64,000 bases of DNA from Vicinamibacterales bacterium (GTDB lineage: Bacteria > Acidobacteriota > Vicinamibacteria > Vicinamibacterales > UBA8438). This document shows positions 1 to 9,876 of the stretch, piece by piece. The DNA lies in assembly GCA_963663815.1 (NCBI GenBank), contig OY760734.1, one strand, 5' to 3'. The notes beneath the pieces are model-generated. The model was not told where the DNA came from. It saw nothing but the letters and a program-made list of their open reading frames with translations, and did not search any database. Both the position numbers and the translations under genes were made by a program. Each line of letters opens with the position of its first letter. Within the stretch, counting starts at the first letter, position 1.

Positions 1-330
1 GGCCTCCTCGACCAGATGCCGGACCCCGAGCCCGTCGACGGCGGTCCGGCGCGCGCGGCCGTGGACTGGCACGAGCTGGCGAAGCACGCGCCCGACGTCG
101 ACGACGAGCGCTCCATGCCGGCCCTCGCCGACCGGAAGGTCCTGCGCCGGCGCGGCCGCGTGACGGTCAGGCGCGGGTTCCTGCGCCCGCCGATGTCGGC
201 CGAGGCGGTCGCGCGGATGGTCGAGCTTCGCGCCCAGGGCCTCGGCTTCGGGCGCATCGCGAAGGCGATCGGCTGCGCGCGGATCACCGTGTCCCGTTAC
301 CTTCGCAGCTTCGAGGAGGAGGGCCGCTGA
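1..330 (+). CDS. HTH-domain protein of a mobile element (probably 5'-truncated by window edge)
   Basis: Frame is open from base 1; C-terminus 'MVELRAQGLGFGRIAKAIGCARITVSRYL' reads as a helix-turn-helix; lies among mobile-element remnants. Confidence 0.55.
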   Translation, partial: GLLDQMPDPEPVDGGPARAAVDWHELAKHAPDVDDERSMPALADRKVLRRRGRVTVRRGFLRPPMSAEAVARMVELRAQGLGFGRIAKAIGCARITVSRYLRSFEEEGR

Positions 331-593
331 CCGTGGCCGAGACGCGGCGCTGCGCTTCCCGCGGCCGGACCGGCCGAGCCGCGGGATTTCGCTGACGCCG
401 TACCGTGACACGCCCCGGCCATGGCGCCGGGGCGTGATCTCCCGGGTCGGCTCGTCCGAACGCTCGTGGAGGGCGGGACGACGGGCTGGCCCTGCGGCGT
501 GGCGCCATGACGCCCGAACAGTTGAAGTCTACCCGCTCGTCGAATCCGCGCCAACGCGCCGGCGCCACGGCGCGTTGATCGCGTGCACGGTCG

Positions 594-1060
594 TCACCGA
601 GGGCGCGGCCCGAGTCCACGCGTGTTTATGAAGCTGTACAGCGTCGTCCGCGGACACGCCCATGAGCTTCGCGATGGCGGTCTTCGAGACGCCCAGCTCG
701 AGGAAGCGCCGGCTCTCGTCCTCCTTGCCATCGAGGCGCGAGACGCGAAGCGAGCCCTTCGGACGGCCGAGCTTCCGGCCCCGAGGCCCTGGCGCCGGCG
801 AGACCCTCCCGGGTGCGCTCGGAGATCAGGTCGCGCTCCACCTCGGCGAACAGCGCGAAGAGCGTGGTGGTCATGACCTTCGTCGGGATGTCGTGCTTGC
901 CCCCGACCCGGATGTTCTCCTTGAGCGCCACGAGGGCGACGCCGGCCTTGGCGAGGGCGTCAGGGCTGTCACCCGCCGAGCTCCACGACCAGGGCCGGGC
1001 GCCGACCCGGGCGCGGGTGGGTTTCTGATCATCGACATCGAGATGACGCAGCACCGAGGT
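594..1060 (-). pseudogene. Small serine resolvase/invertase, frameshifted and N-terminally eroded
   Basis: 'LVALKENI...TLFALFAEVERDLISERTREGLAGARASG' continues in another frame as 'RKLGRPKGS...LELGVSKTAIAKLMGVS', then in a third as 'RTTLYSFINTRG': resolvase E-helix, GRP motif and HTH with at least two frameshifts; start coordinate approximate. Confidence 0.8.
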
Positions 1061-1084
1061 GCCAAGCGCCTCCGATTTCGTCGC

Positions 1085-1315
1085 TGGTGCTGATCCAATT
1101 TCGTGATAGCCATCGACTTGATCCAAATATCACGTTCCGTGCGACCCTGATATCACGCTCCTTGAACGTTAAATTACTGGAAAATATACACTTAAGCCGC
1201 GACCACAACACGGTTTGGATCACGGCAAAGATGGTAGACAGTACCTGAGCGACCCCGCTACGTACTATTCGTTTCTGATCCAGAACGTGATACCAAGGTG
1301 TCACTTCTGGATCAG
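1085..1315. promoter_or_regulatory. res-like site (resolvase binding subsites)
   Basis: AT-rich stretch upstream of the resolvase with repeated TGATCC/GTGATA/TATCAC motifs and an imperfect palindrome CTGATCCAGAAcGTGAtACC-aa-GGTgTCACTTCTGGATCAG (1275-1315). Confidence 0.6.
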
Positions 1316-1699
1316 CACCGCGGGGTCGCTCAGGCTGGACTTGTCCGCTCCGCAGAAGTAGGAAATGCGGCCATTGCCCCAAGGACGGCCCTGCGCCGTC
1401 AGCGGCATCGTAGCGATGATGTCGACGCCGCCCGGTCCGACCCCGGCCTTGAGTTCGCCGCCTCCTCCCGGATCCGGTACGCGTCGGCAACGGTGACGTG
1501 TGCCACGGCCGGCGCCAGGTCCGGATCGTTCTTGATGGCCGCCGCCCGCTGCGTCGAACGCCGCGATACCTTCATCAACTCGGCAGCAGTCTTCTGGGAA
1601 CGGCGCCAATTGGCGGCGCCGTTTCAGCCTCGCCAGCAGGCCCTGGCCGGAGTCGGCCGTCTCGTCCGCCTCCGCGGCCGGTTCGGCGGTGTCGGCAGA

Positions 1700-2033
1700 C
1701 GGCGGCCGGCCCGCGCCCAGGTTCGCCAGCTTCGCCGCGGCCAGCGCCCGCTGGCTCTCCAATGTGGCGTCGCTGGAGATTCAAGCTCGTCACGGCCAGC
1801 GAGGCGTCCCGGACGTCCACGGCCGGCAGGCTCTCTCACGGGACCGGTACGCCTGCCCGTTCGCACGCGAGCGCGCGGTTCCGGCCGTCGAGCAGCAGGT
1901 CATCGCAGATGGAGACCGGCACCCCGGCACAGCCGTTCGTACCGATGTCGGCCGCCAGCGCCTCAAGCTCGGCATCGGTCATCAGGGGGGAAACACTCGG
2001 CGGCCGGATGGGCTCCCAGCCGGCGGCCGTCAC
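1700..2033 (-). pseudogene. ParB/Srx N-terminal-domain protein remnant (phage/plasmid type)
   Basis: Fragments in different frames: 'HPAAECFP', 'LMTDAELEALAADIGTNG', 'LLLDGRNRALACERAGV', 'SLNLQRRH', 'ESQRALAAAKLANL'; boundaries approximate. Confidence 0.65.
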
Positions 2034-2381
2034 TTCGCCGGTCAGGTGACGCGCTGGATCGCGGACTACAGGACGCTCGCCGAGACGTTGCGCGGGCGGT
2101 GGAGCTAATGCGCACCACCGCGGCCAGCGGCGCGGACCAGAGCGTCGCCGGCCGTCCGTTTGGGTGACGGCGACCCCGAACCGGCGCACCCTGAGGCCGC
2201 GCGCGCATCTGCGTGCTCTCGACCCGTTGCTCTCGTCCGTTCCACGCGGTCACACCCTTGCTTACCGAGAGGAACAGTGTCACAGTACGCGGTGACTGAG
2301 GGGACGATGTAGAAGGCAACCACCGGAATGACCGGACCGTCGAATCTGTTGCACGGGCCGGCAGACTGACGGAGGAAGGTC

Positions 2382-5051
2382 ATGCCCTTCGAGCGATGGC
2401 CCTACGCGTGGCGGGTCCGGCTGCGAATGCTCCTCGACCGCGACCGCGTCGACCGCGAGCTGGACGACGAGTTGCGGCACCACGTCGCGCTCGAAGCCGA
2501 AGCGCGGCGTGCAAAGGGGATCGCGCCGACGGAGGCGCGCCGGCAGGCCCTCGCGACCCTTGGGGGCCTCGAGTCGACGCGCAGCCACGTTCGCGAGGCG
2601 AGGTTCGGGGCCGCGCTTGAGCACGTGCTGCAGGACGTCCGCTACGTCCTGCGGGTTCTGCGCCGGAACCCGGGGTTCACCGCGACCACGGTCCTGACCC
2701 TGACCCTCGCGATCAGCGCGACCACCGCCACCTTCTCGGTGGTCGACGCGGTGCTGCTGCAGCCGCCGCCCTTTCCCGAGCCGGAGCGTCTCGTCACGTT
2801 GTGGGAGACGGACCCCGAGGACGGCAACCGGCCCGTCGAGGTCGCCTCCGCGAACTTCCTCGACTGGCGCGAGCAGGCGACGAGCTTCGAGCACGTCGCC
2901 GCCCTCGACCCGTGGTCGGTCGACCTCACCGGCGCCGACACGCCCGAGGTGCTCTACGGGTGGCAGGTCACGGAAGGGTTCTTCGAGGCGCTCGGTACCG
3001 TTGCCGCCCGCGGGCGCACGTTCGTGTCCGACGAGCACCGGCCGGGCAGCGGCGTGGTCGTCATGACGGACGAGCTCTGGCGGCGCCGCTTCGACGGCGA
3101 CCCCGCCGTCGTCGGCCGGACGCTGGTGCTGGACGACGAGCCGCACACGGTGGTGGGGGTCCTCGCCCCCAGCTTCGAGCTCCGCCTGGAGGGCGGTCGC
3201 AGCGATCGGGACATCTTCCTCCCCAAGGCCGTCGCCGAGTACGAGACCTACATTCGCAGCGGCGGCTGGTGGCAGGTGATCGCCCGGACCCGCCCCGACG
3301 TCACCCTGGCCGAGGCCCAGTCCGAGATGGACGCCGTCGCGGCCCGGCTCGCAGCTGACCACCCGCGCACCAACGCCGGCGTCGGCGCGCGCGTCATCCC
3401 CCTGCAGACGCGCCAGGTCGCGGCGGTGCGCCCGGTGCTGCTCTTGCTGTGGGGCGCCGTGGTCTTCGTCCTCCTCATCGCCTGCGTCAACGTCGCCAAC
3501 CTCATGCTGGCCCGCTACGCGCGTCGGGAGCAGGAGTTCGCGGTCCGCGCCGCGGTGGGCGGGGGGGCCGCGCGCCTGCTGCGCCAGCTCCTGACCGAGA
3601 GCGTGGTCATCGCGGCCCTCGGCGGCCTCGGCGGGCTCGTGGCGACCGCGTACGCGCTCGACCTGCTGGTGGCGCTCATGCCGGCCGACGTGCCGCGCCT
3701 CGCGCAGATCACGGTGAACGAACGGCTCCTCGGGTTCACCGCCGGCCTCGTCGTCCTCACCGCCCTGGCCTTCGGCTGCGCGCCCGCGGTCCGGATACTC
3801 CGGCAGGACGTCAACGGCCCCCTCACCCGGGCGCACCGCACCGGCGACACCCCGGCCCAGCAGCGGCTGCGCCGCACGCTGGTGGCGGCCGAGGTCGCCC
3901 TCGCCCTCGTGCTCCTGGTCGGTGCGGGCCTCCTCATGCAGAGCTTCGTGCGGCTGGTGAACGTCGACCTCGGCTTCGCCCCGCGGAACACGGCGGCGCT
4001 GCAGGTGTTCCACTACGGGGAAGGCGGCACCGAGGCCACCCCGAACTTCTTCCGCGAGACCCTCGCGGGCATCCGCGCCCTCCCCGGCGTCGCCGCCGCC
4101 GGCGCCGTCTCGGCGTTCCCGCTCGGCCTCGCCGACCTGACCGCCCAGAGCCCCCTGACCCTGCACGACCGGCCGCCGCCCCCGCCCGGCGAAGAGCCGT
4201 CGGCGGCCGTCTCCATGGCCACCCCGGGCTACCTCGACACGATGCGGATCCCGCTCCGGGCCGGGCGATGGTTCGACGAGCGCGACGACGCCGAGGGGCC
4301 GGCCGTCGCGGTCGTCAACGAGACGCTGGCGCGGCAGCACTGGCCGGACCGGGATCCGCTCACGCGGCGGGTGAGCGTGCAAGTATCGGGACAGGCGTTG
4401 GTTGGGACGTTCGAGGCGGAGATTGTCGGCGTTGTCGGCACGGTGCGGCCGCGGGGCTTCGACAGCCCCCCGCGCCCCGAGGTGTTCATCCCCCACGCGC
4501 AGGCCCCGAACGGCGCGATGACCTACGTCGTCCGGACCGTCGGGGACCCGGCCGCCAGCATCCCCGCCATCCAGAGCGTCGTCTGGGACGCCGCCCCCTA
4601 TCTCGCCTTCTACAGCGTCGCGACGGTCGAGCGGCTCCTGTCGGACACCCTCGCGGCGCGGCGGTTCACGACGCTGCTCCTCGCGCTGTTCGGGGCGGCG
4701 GCCCTCGCCCTCGCCGGCCTCGGCATCTACGGGGTCATCGCGGTGGCCACATCGCAGCGGACCCGCGAGATCGGCCTGCGCCTGGCGATGGGGGCCGAGC
4801 CGCGCCACGTCGTGTGGATGGTCGTCCGCGGCGCCGTCGGCCTCGCCGCAACGGGGGTCGCAGTCGGGCTGCTCGCGTCGCTGCTGTTCTCGCAGACCCT
4901 CACCAGCCTGCTCTTCGACGTCACCCCGTTCGACGCCGCGACGCTGGCCGGGGTGTCGCTGCTGCTGCTCGGCGTGGCCGCGGCCGCCGCCTGGTTCCCC
5001 GCGCGGCGCGCGAGCCGGGTGGACCCGCTCGTTGCGTTGCGCACGGAGTAG
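2382..5051 (+). CDS. ADOP-family duplicated MacB/FtsX-like ABC permease
   Basis: N-terminal 'DRELDDELRHH...EARRQA' prefix, 'LLIACVNVANLMLAR...EFAVRAAVG', 'QRTREIGLRLAMGA', C-terminal 'PARRASRVDPLVALRTE'; GGAGG RBS. Confidence 0.92.
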   Translation: MPFERWPYAWRVRLRMLLDRDRVDRELDDELRHHVALEAEARRAKGIAPTEARRQALATLGGLESTRSHVREARFGAALEHVLQDVRYVLRVLRRNPGFTATTVLTLTLAISATTATFSVVDAVLLQPPPFPEPERLVTLWETDPEDGNRPVEVASANFLDWREQATSFEHVAALDPWSVDLTGADTPEVLYGWQVTEGFFEALGTVAARGRTFVSDEHRPGSGVVVMTDELWRRRFDGDPAVVGRTLVLDDEPHTVVGVLAPSFELRLEGGRSDRDIFLPKAVAEYETYIRSGGWWQVIARTRPDVTLAEAQSEMDAVAARLAADHPRTNAGVGARVIPLQTRQVAAVRPVLLLLWGAVVFVLLIACVNVANLMLARYARREQEFAVRAAVGGGAARLLRQLLTESVVIAALGGLGGLVATAYALDLLVALMPADVPRLAQITVNERLLGFTAGLVVLTALAFGCAPAVRILRQDVNGPLTRAHRTGDTPAQQRLRRTLVAAEVALALVLLVGAGLLMQSFVRLVNVDLGFAPRNTAALQVFHYGEGGTEATPNFFRETLAGIRALPGVAAAGAVSAFPLGLADLTAQSPLTLHDRPPPPPGEEPSAAVSMATPGYLDTMRIPLRAGRWFDERDDAEGPAVAVVNETLARQHWPDRDPLTRRVSVQVSGQALVGTFEAEIVGVVGTVRPRGFDSPPRPEVFIPHAQAPNGAMTYVVRTVGDPAASIPAIQSVVWDAAPYLAFYSVATVERLLSDTLAARRFTTLLLALFGAAALALAGLGIYGVIAVATSQRTREIGLRLAMGAEPRHVVWMVVRGAVGLAATGVAVGLLASLLFSQTLTSLLFDVTPFDAATLAGVSLLLLGVAAAAAWFPARRASRVDPLVALRTE

Positions 5052-5349
5052 GAGTCCAAGGCCCGCGCTCCCCCCCGACCGAGTCCTCCGCATGGAGGTC
5101 TCCGGTCTACCGTCCCCGGCGTCAGCAGAGCCGTGCTTCCAGAGCGCCCAGAGGATCTCGCTACGCTCAACTGAGCGGAGCCTGAGTCATCCAGCGTGGG
5201 CGGGTGGGCGCACTCGCTCACCCCGCGGCTCTCCCGCTCCCGCACGAACCTCCAGGCGGTGTCCTTCTCGGTGGTCGCGCCGTCAGGGCAGGCCCTGCGG
5301 AACCGCGGGGCCGAGACCATCGAGGACATCTCCGCCAAAATCGCCGGCA

Positions 5350-6237
5350 TCACTTTCCCACCTCGATCACCAGCCGGCAGTGGTCGCTCGGGCCCCATTC
5401 GTCGACCCCGTTCAAGGCACGCGTCCGGATGGACTCATGGAAACCGCGGGAGGCGAACACGTGATCGAGCTGGTTGCGGGCGTCGGCAGGAGAACTCTCT
5501 TTGGTGTTGTCGGAATAGAACGTCGGGACGTTCTTCGTGTCCGAAGGCGCGTGCACGGGAACAGGATCCGCTCGGCGGCCGTTCGGATACCAGGGCCCCA
5601 TGTACTCGAGTCCGAGCGCCTCCATGCGGTCCCAAACCGTGCGGCAGCGTGCGTACCAGAGCCGGAGGTCGCTACGTTCCCTCCAACCGTAGTCCGCGCC
5701 GTAGTCGATGTTGAGATCGCCCGCCGCCAGGATGCGGTGGGGCTCACGGTCCGCGTTGGCAACAAAAGCGGACAGATCGGAGAGGATTCGGTGCGCTGAG
5801 GCGTCCACATTCCAGTCGGAATCCCTCTCGGTGCTCGGATGAGGCGCCCTCCAGGCCGCGTACATCGACACGACGATGAACGGCGGCTCGCCGTCCGTTG
5901 GGGTGACCCGGGCAGCGGCGATGGTCTGGATGTCGCTGATCCTGATCGTGTCCTCGGACATCGGGCCAATCGGGATGACCGGCTTGAACCACTCCACCTC
6001 CACGCGATTGGACAGCTTCGCGATCTTCGGCCAACGGCGGCCCGAGAAGTCTCGGTCCGATTCCCGCGGATCCCAGGCGCCTTGTTCCACCAGCGGCCCG
6101 ACGGCCACGCGATCGGCGACGTCGGGCGGCACGGTGCGGGTCGTCTCCTGCAACAGCGCGACATCCGCTCCCATCTCGACCAACATCCGCCATGGGTCTT
6201 TTCTCCGCTTCATGTTCCAGCACACCACTGTCGTCAT
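5350..6237 (-). CDS. Endonuclease/exonuclease/phosphatase (EEP) family protein
   Basis: Motifs 'WN', 'LLQE', 'AGDLN', 'QLDHVF', 'GPSDH'. Confidence 0.85.
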   Translation of the reverse strand: MTTVVCWNMKRRKDPWRMLVEMGADVALLQETTRTVPPDVADRVAVGPLVEQGAWDPRESDRDFSGRRWPKIAKLSNRVEVEWFKPVIPIGPMSEDTIRISDIQTIAAARVTPTDGEPPFIVVSMYAAWRAPHPSTERDSDWNVDASAHRILSDLSAFVANADREPHRILAAGDLNIDYGADYGWRERSDLRLWYARCRTVWDRMEALGLEYMGPWYPNGRRADPVPVHAPSDTKNVPTFYSDNTKESSPADARNQLDHVFASRGFHESIRTRALNGVDEWGPSDHCRLVIEVGK

Positions 6238-6548
6238 CCTGGAGCTCCTCGTAGGGGGTTGTCCCGTTCACTACTAAACTTCACGAGTGACGGACTCCCT
6301 GCCGTGCCCCTGCCCGCTCCCAAGTTGTCGATTCTACGCCACTCGACGGGCTCGTCGCCGGGCATCCACCGGACCGCATCCTCGCCGGCCTCACCAATCA
6401 CGTGCAGGCCAAGTTTGACCCGTTGGCCCAGGCCCTGGCCGCCGCCCTCGACCCGCTCGCGCTGACCGACCCCGTTCGAGGCGGGCCGGGTACCCCCGCG
6501 TGACGTCGACCGGGACTTCGGCCCCAGCCGTTAGGAGTCAGGGGCGCA

Positions 6549-7760
6549 TCACCGACCCTTGCCGGCGAGGTACTCCGCCCAGTCGTCCATCAGCAGCCGC
6601 CGCCGCTCGAACAGATCCGACCGGGCGTAGGCCGCCTCCACCTTGTTCTGGACCACGTGGGCGAGCGCCGCCTCGATGACCTCCCGCGGGTGGTCCGTCT
6701 TCTCCGCCGCCCAGTCCCTGAACGACGAGCGGAAGCCGTGGGCCACCGCGGCGATCCGGTGGTGCTGCAGCATCTTGGGCAGCGTCGACGCCGAGATCGC
6801 CTTCCCGCTCCGCATCGGGAACACGAGCGGCGTGCCGTCGCCGAGCGTTCGCGCCGCGTCGAGGACCTCGACCGCTCGCCGGCAGAGTGGAACCCGGTGC
6901 TCGCGCTTCGCCTTCATCCGCAGGGCCGGCACGGTCCACACGCGGCCGGCCACGTCCATCTCGTCCCACGTCGCGAGCCTGACCTCCGCCGAGCGCGCGG
7001 CCGTCAGCACCAGAAACTCGAACGCCAGCTTGACGGCGGGCTGCGGCGACGACGACGCCCGCACCGTCTCGATGGCCGCGGCCACCTCCTGGTGGGGCAG
7101 CGCCTGCCGGTGCGTCACGATGTCGTTCTGCGAACCGAGCACCGGCACCACCCGGTCGCAGGGATTGTCGTTCCGCATGTCGAGGGCGACGGCCCACTCC
7201 AGCACCGCACGGATGCGCTGGCGGACCTCCCTGGCCGTCGCCGCCTTGACGTGCCAGATCGGCGAGAGGATCTCCAGCACGTCGGCCGTGTTGACCTCGG
7301 AGACGGGCCGGCTGCCGACGCGGGGGAAGACGTACCGCTCCATGCTCCGCCACCAGTTCTTCGCGTGCCACCGGCCGCGCCAGCCGCCGCGCTTCTGTTC
7401 GAGCACGCGTTGGGCGGCTTCGGCGAACGTCGGAACGCCCTGGACGCGGCGTTTCTCGGAGAGGGGGTCGCCGCCCGAGCGGGCCAGCATCCGGTTGGCG
7501 AGGGCCTGCTCGCGGGCCTTGGCGAGCGGGACGAGCGTGGCGGCGCCGAGCCCGAGTTCGCGGCGCCGGCCGCGAATGACGAGCCGCTGGACCCAGCTTC
7601 GGGTTCCGGTCGGCTGGACGAACAGGTAGAGGCCGTTGCCGTCCGCGTGGCGTCCGGGCGGTGCGGAACGGACGAAGGCGGCCGAGAGGGCCTTGTCGGG
7701 ATGGCGGCCCCGGCGCTTGGTTCTGCGGGGCGAGGGGTCGGATTTGGCTACAACATCCAT
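6549..7760 (-). CDS. P4-like tyrosine integrase (arm-binding domain plus catalytic domain)
   Basis: 'GRHADGNGLYLFV...RELGLG', 'TAARSAE', 'HGFRSSFRDW', 'LAH', 'AYARSD': R-HxxR-H-Y catalytic residues intact. Confidence 0.95.
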   Translation of the reverse strand: MDVVAKSDPSPRRTKRRGRHPDKALSAAFVRSAPPGRHADGNGLYLFVQPTGTRSWVQRLVIRGRRRELGLGAATLVPLAKAREQALANRMLARSGGDPLSEKRRVQGVPTFAEAAQRVLEQKRGGWRGRWHAKNWWRSMERYVFPRVGSRPVSEVNTADVLEILSPIWHVKAATAREVRQRIRAVLEWAVALDMRNDNPCDRVVPVLGSQNDIVTHRQALPHQEVAAAIETVRASSSPQPAVKLAFEFLVLTAARSAEVRLATWDEMDVAGRVWTVPALRMKAKREHRVPLCRRAVEVLDAARTLGDGTPLVFPMRSGKAISASTLPKMLQHHRIAAVAHGFRSSFRDWAAEKTDHPREVIEAALAHVVQNKVEAAYARSDLFERRRLLMDDWAEYLAGKGR

Positions 7761-7906
7761 TCCCTCATTATATACGGGATTGAGGTGGATTCCGCCACAC
7801 GTCCTGACCCGGTCAGTCCGTGGATCCAGAACAATAAACGATTATGGGTCAGTAGATTACGAGCTGTCCTGGACGGCCCCGGACGCTGACGGACTGCTAT
7901 TGGTTG

Positions 7907-9610
7907 TCAAGGCAACGCGAACACGAATACGCCGCTGCCGCCCCGCGGGTTGCGCTCGTCGGGAATGAGATCGGCGGGGAGAATCGTCGCCCAGCTCGAG
8001 CCGCCGATAGACGGGCCCGCCACGAACGCGACGAACTGCCGACCGTCGACGGCATAGGTGATCGGGAACCCGTTCGCCATGGTCGGGAGCCGGCTCTGCC
8101 AGAGCGGCTCGCCGTTGCGCGCGTCGTAGGCGTGGACGCGCCGCCCCCAGTCGCCGATGAACGCCAGGCCGCCGCCGGTCGTCAGCGCCGACGTGTTGTA
8201 GGGCACCCGGAGACGCCGGCTCCAGAGGGTCTCGCCGGTCCGCACGTCCAGCGCCCGGAACTCGCCCAGCCGGTCGGGCGCCTGCGGATGAAAGTGGTTC
8301 ATCCGGCCGCGCACGGCGCCCCCGCCGCCGCCTCCGGCGCGCCGCTCGACGGGCGCGAAGGCGGCGGTCTCGCAGCTGAGGTTGAGCGGCACGTACAGCG
8401 CCCCGGTCCCGGGGTGATAGGCCATCGCGCGCAGGCTCTTGAAGCCGCCGGTGCTGGGGCAGAAGAAGAGCTCCTCGCCGACGTCGGACAGCATCCCGTC
8501 CCGGTGAGTCACCTCACCGGTCCCGGGGTCGACGTCCAGGATGTTCTGGTAGCCGAGATCGATCGCGCGCCGGAACGCGCCGGTGACGCGGTCGAGCTCC
8601 CAAAGAATGCCGAGCTTGCCCATCGTGAACACCGAGCGCCGGCCGTCGTAGTCGATGAGGATGCGCTCGAACGACTCGTCCATGTCGTGCGAATCGCCGG
8701 GGATGTGCTGGTAGTACCACCTCATCTCGCCCGTCGCGGGGTCGAGGGCGAGGGTCGAGTTGCTGTAGAGGGCGTCGCCGGCCGTGCCGCGGGCGTCGCG
8801 GTTGTGCGGCTTGGGCTGCGACGTGCCCCAGTAGACGAGCCCCGTGACGGGGTCGTAGCTCCCCGTCATCCAGGCGTCGGCGCCCGCGCGAAACAGGAGG
8901 GGCACGTCGCCCCAGGTGTCGCCGCCGGTCTCGCCGGGGCGGGCGATGGTCGAGGTCCGCCACAGCAGCCGGCCCGTGCGGGCGTCGACGCCGACGATAT
9001 AGCAGGTGTCGTCGCGGTAACGCCCGCAGCCGGTCATCCCGGCGATGATCGTGCCATCGACGACGATCGGGCCGTTCGAGAAGGTGTAGCCTTCCTGGTC
9101 GCCCGAGACCGGCGTGTCCCAGCGCGCCTCGCCCGTCCTCGCGTCCAGCCCGACGATGTGCGCGTCGACGGTGTTCAGGATGACCAGGTCCTGGTAGACG
9201 GCCAAGCTGCGCATCTGCGCCGCGCTCCGGCGCCGCTCGTCCATCTCGCGGCGGTACTCCCACAGGAAGTCGCCCGTGCGCGCGTCGAGCGCGTGGACCA
9301 CGTTGCCCGGGTTCGCGACGTACATGACGCCGTCGTGCACGAGCGGCGTCGTCTGCGACACCCCGGGCTCGAGGCCCCACGACCAGGCGAGCCGCAACTC
9401 GTCCACGTTGCTCCGGTCGATCTGATCGAGCGGGCTGTACCCCCATCCATCGAGGGTGCGCCGCCAGCTCAACCAGTCGGCGGGGTCGGGGTCCTGCAGC
9501 ATCGCGTCGGTGACCGGGGTGACGTCGCGGACTTGCGCCAGGCCGGAATGCCCCGTCGCCATGGCGACGCCGGCGCATGCACACAGCATCAGTAGTGCCC
9601 GACGCTTCAT
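7907..9610 (-). CDS. Secreted PQQ-dependent dehydrogenase (beta-propeller, alcohol-dehydrogenase-like)
   Basis: Signal peptide; 'GWGYSPLDQI...L.LAWS', 'TTPLVHDGVMY', 'W..GSYDP', 'WYYQHIPGD.HDMD', 'PITYAVDGRQFV'; start chosen at ATG 9610 after GGAGG. Confidence 0.9.
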   Translation of the reverse strand: MKRRALLMLCACAGVAMATGHSGLAQVRDVTPVTDAMLQDPDPADWLSWRRTLDGWGYSPLDQIDRSNVDELRLAWSWGLEPGVSQTTPLVHDGVMYVANPGNVVHALDARTGDFLWEYRREMDERRRSAAQMRSLAVYQDLVILNTVDAHIVGLDARTGEARWDTPVSGDQEGYTFSNGPIVVDGTIIAGMTGCGRYRDDTCYIVGVDARTGRLLWRTSTIARPGETGGDTWGDVPLLFRAGADAWMTGSYDPVTGLVYWGTSQPKPHNRDARGTAGDALYSNSTLALDPATGEMRWYYQHIPGDSHDMDESFERILIDYDGRRSVFTMGKLGILWELDRVTGAFRRAIDLGYQNILDVDPGTGEVTHRDGMLSDVGEELFFCPSTGGFKSLRAMAYHPGTGALYVPLNLSCETAAFAPVERRAGGGGGGAVRGRMNHFHPQAPDRLGEFRALDVRTGETLWSRRLRVPYNTSALTTGGGLAFIGDWGRRVHAYDARNGEPLWQSRLPTMANGFPITYAVDGRQFVAFVAGPSIGGSSWATILPADLIPDERNPRGGSGVFVFALP

Positions 9611-9870
9611 ACCAACCTCCTGCGGCAGGTCATGCGCCTGAGCGAATACCCGTCGCCATGGCGGCCCCCGCACATACGTACACCTTCATCAATCCACCGC
9701 GGCCTCCGACCCCGCTGCCGGGGGGCGGCACCTTGAGCAATGCGCGACGCTTCATGTCAACCTCCTGCGGAGGTCGTGCGCCCGGGCGAATTCTCCGTCG
9801 CCATGCCGACGCAGACGCATATGCGTACACCGTCGCAACGCGCGCGCTTCATGTCGACCGCCTGCGAAGC
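9551..9870 (-). repeat. Three degenerate tandem copies of the RBS + start + signal-peptide segment of the PQQ gene
   Basis: Unit CGCAGG(A/C)GGT...ATGAAGCG...CATGGCGACGG recurs with ATGs at 9852, 9755 and 9610. Confidence 0.75.
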
Positions 9871-9876
9871 GCCAGG

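Noticed and set aside
2280-5093. Very long antisense or alternate-frame ORFs (e.g. 2280-5093 -, 18074-20746 +, 28810-31401 +, 52600-56598 -, 61626-63824 +)
   Set aside because: Shadow ORFs of high-GC coding regions; Arg/Gly/Pro-rich, no motifs, and overlapping well-supported genes
4727-5398. 223-aa minus-strand ORF downstream of the EEP gene
   Set aside because: Mostly overlaps the ADOP gene and has no recognisable motif; a short remnant cannot be excluded
7895-7910. tRNA gene at the integrase end
   Set aside because: Only TGGTTG matches; no cloverleaf or T-loop sequence is present
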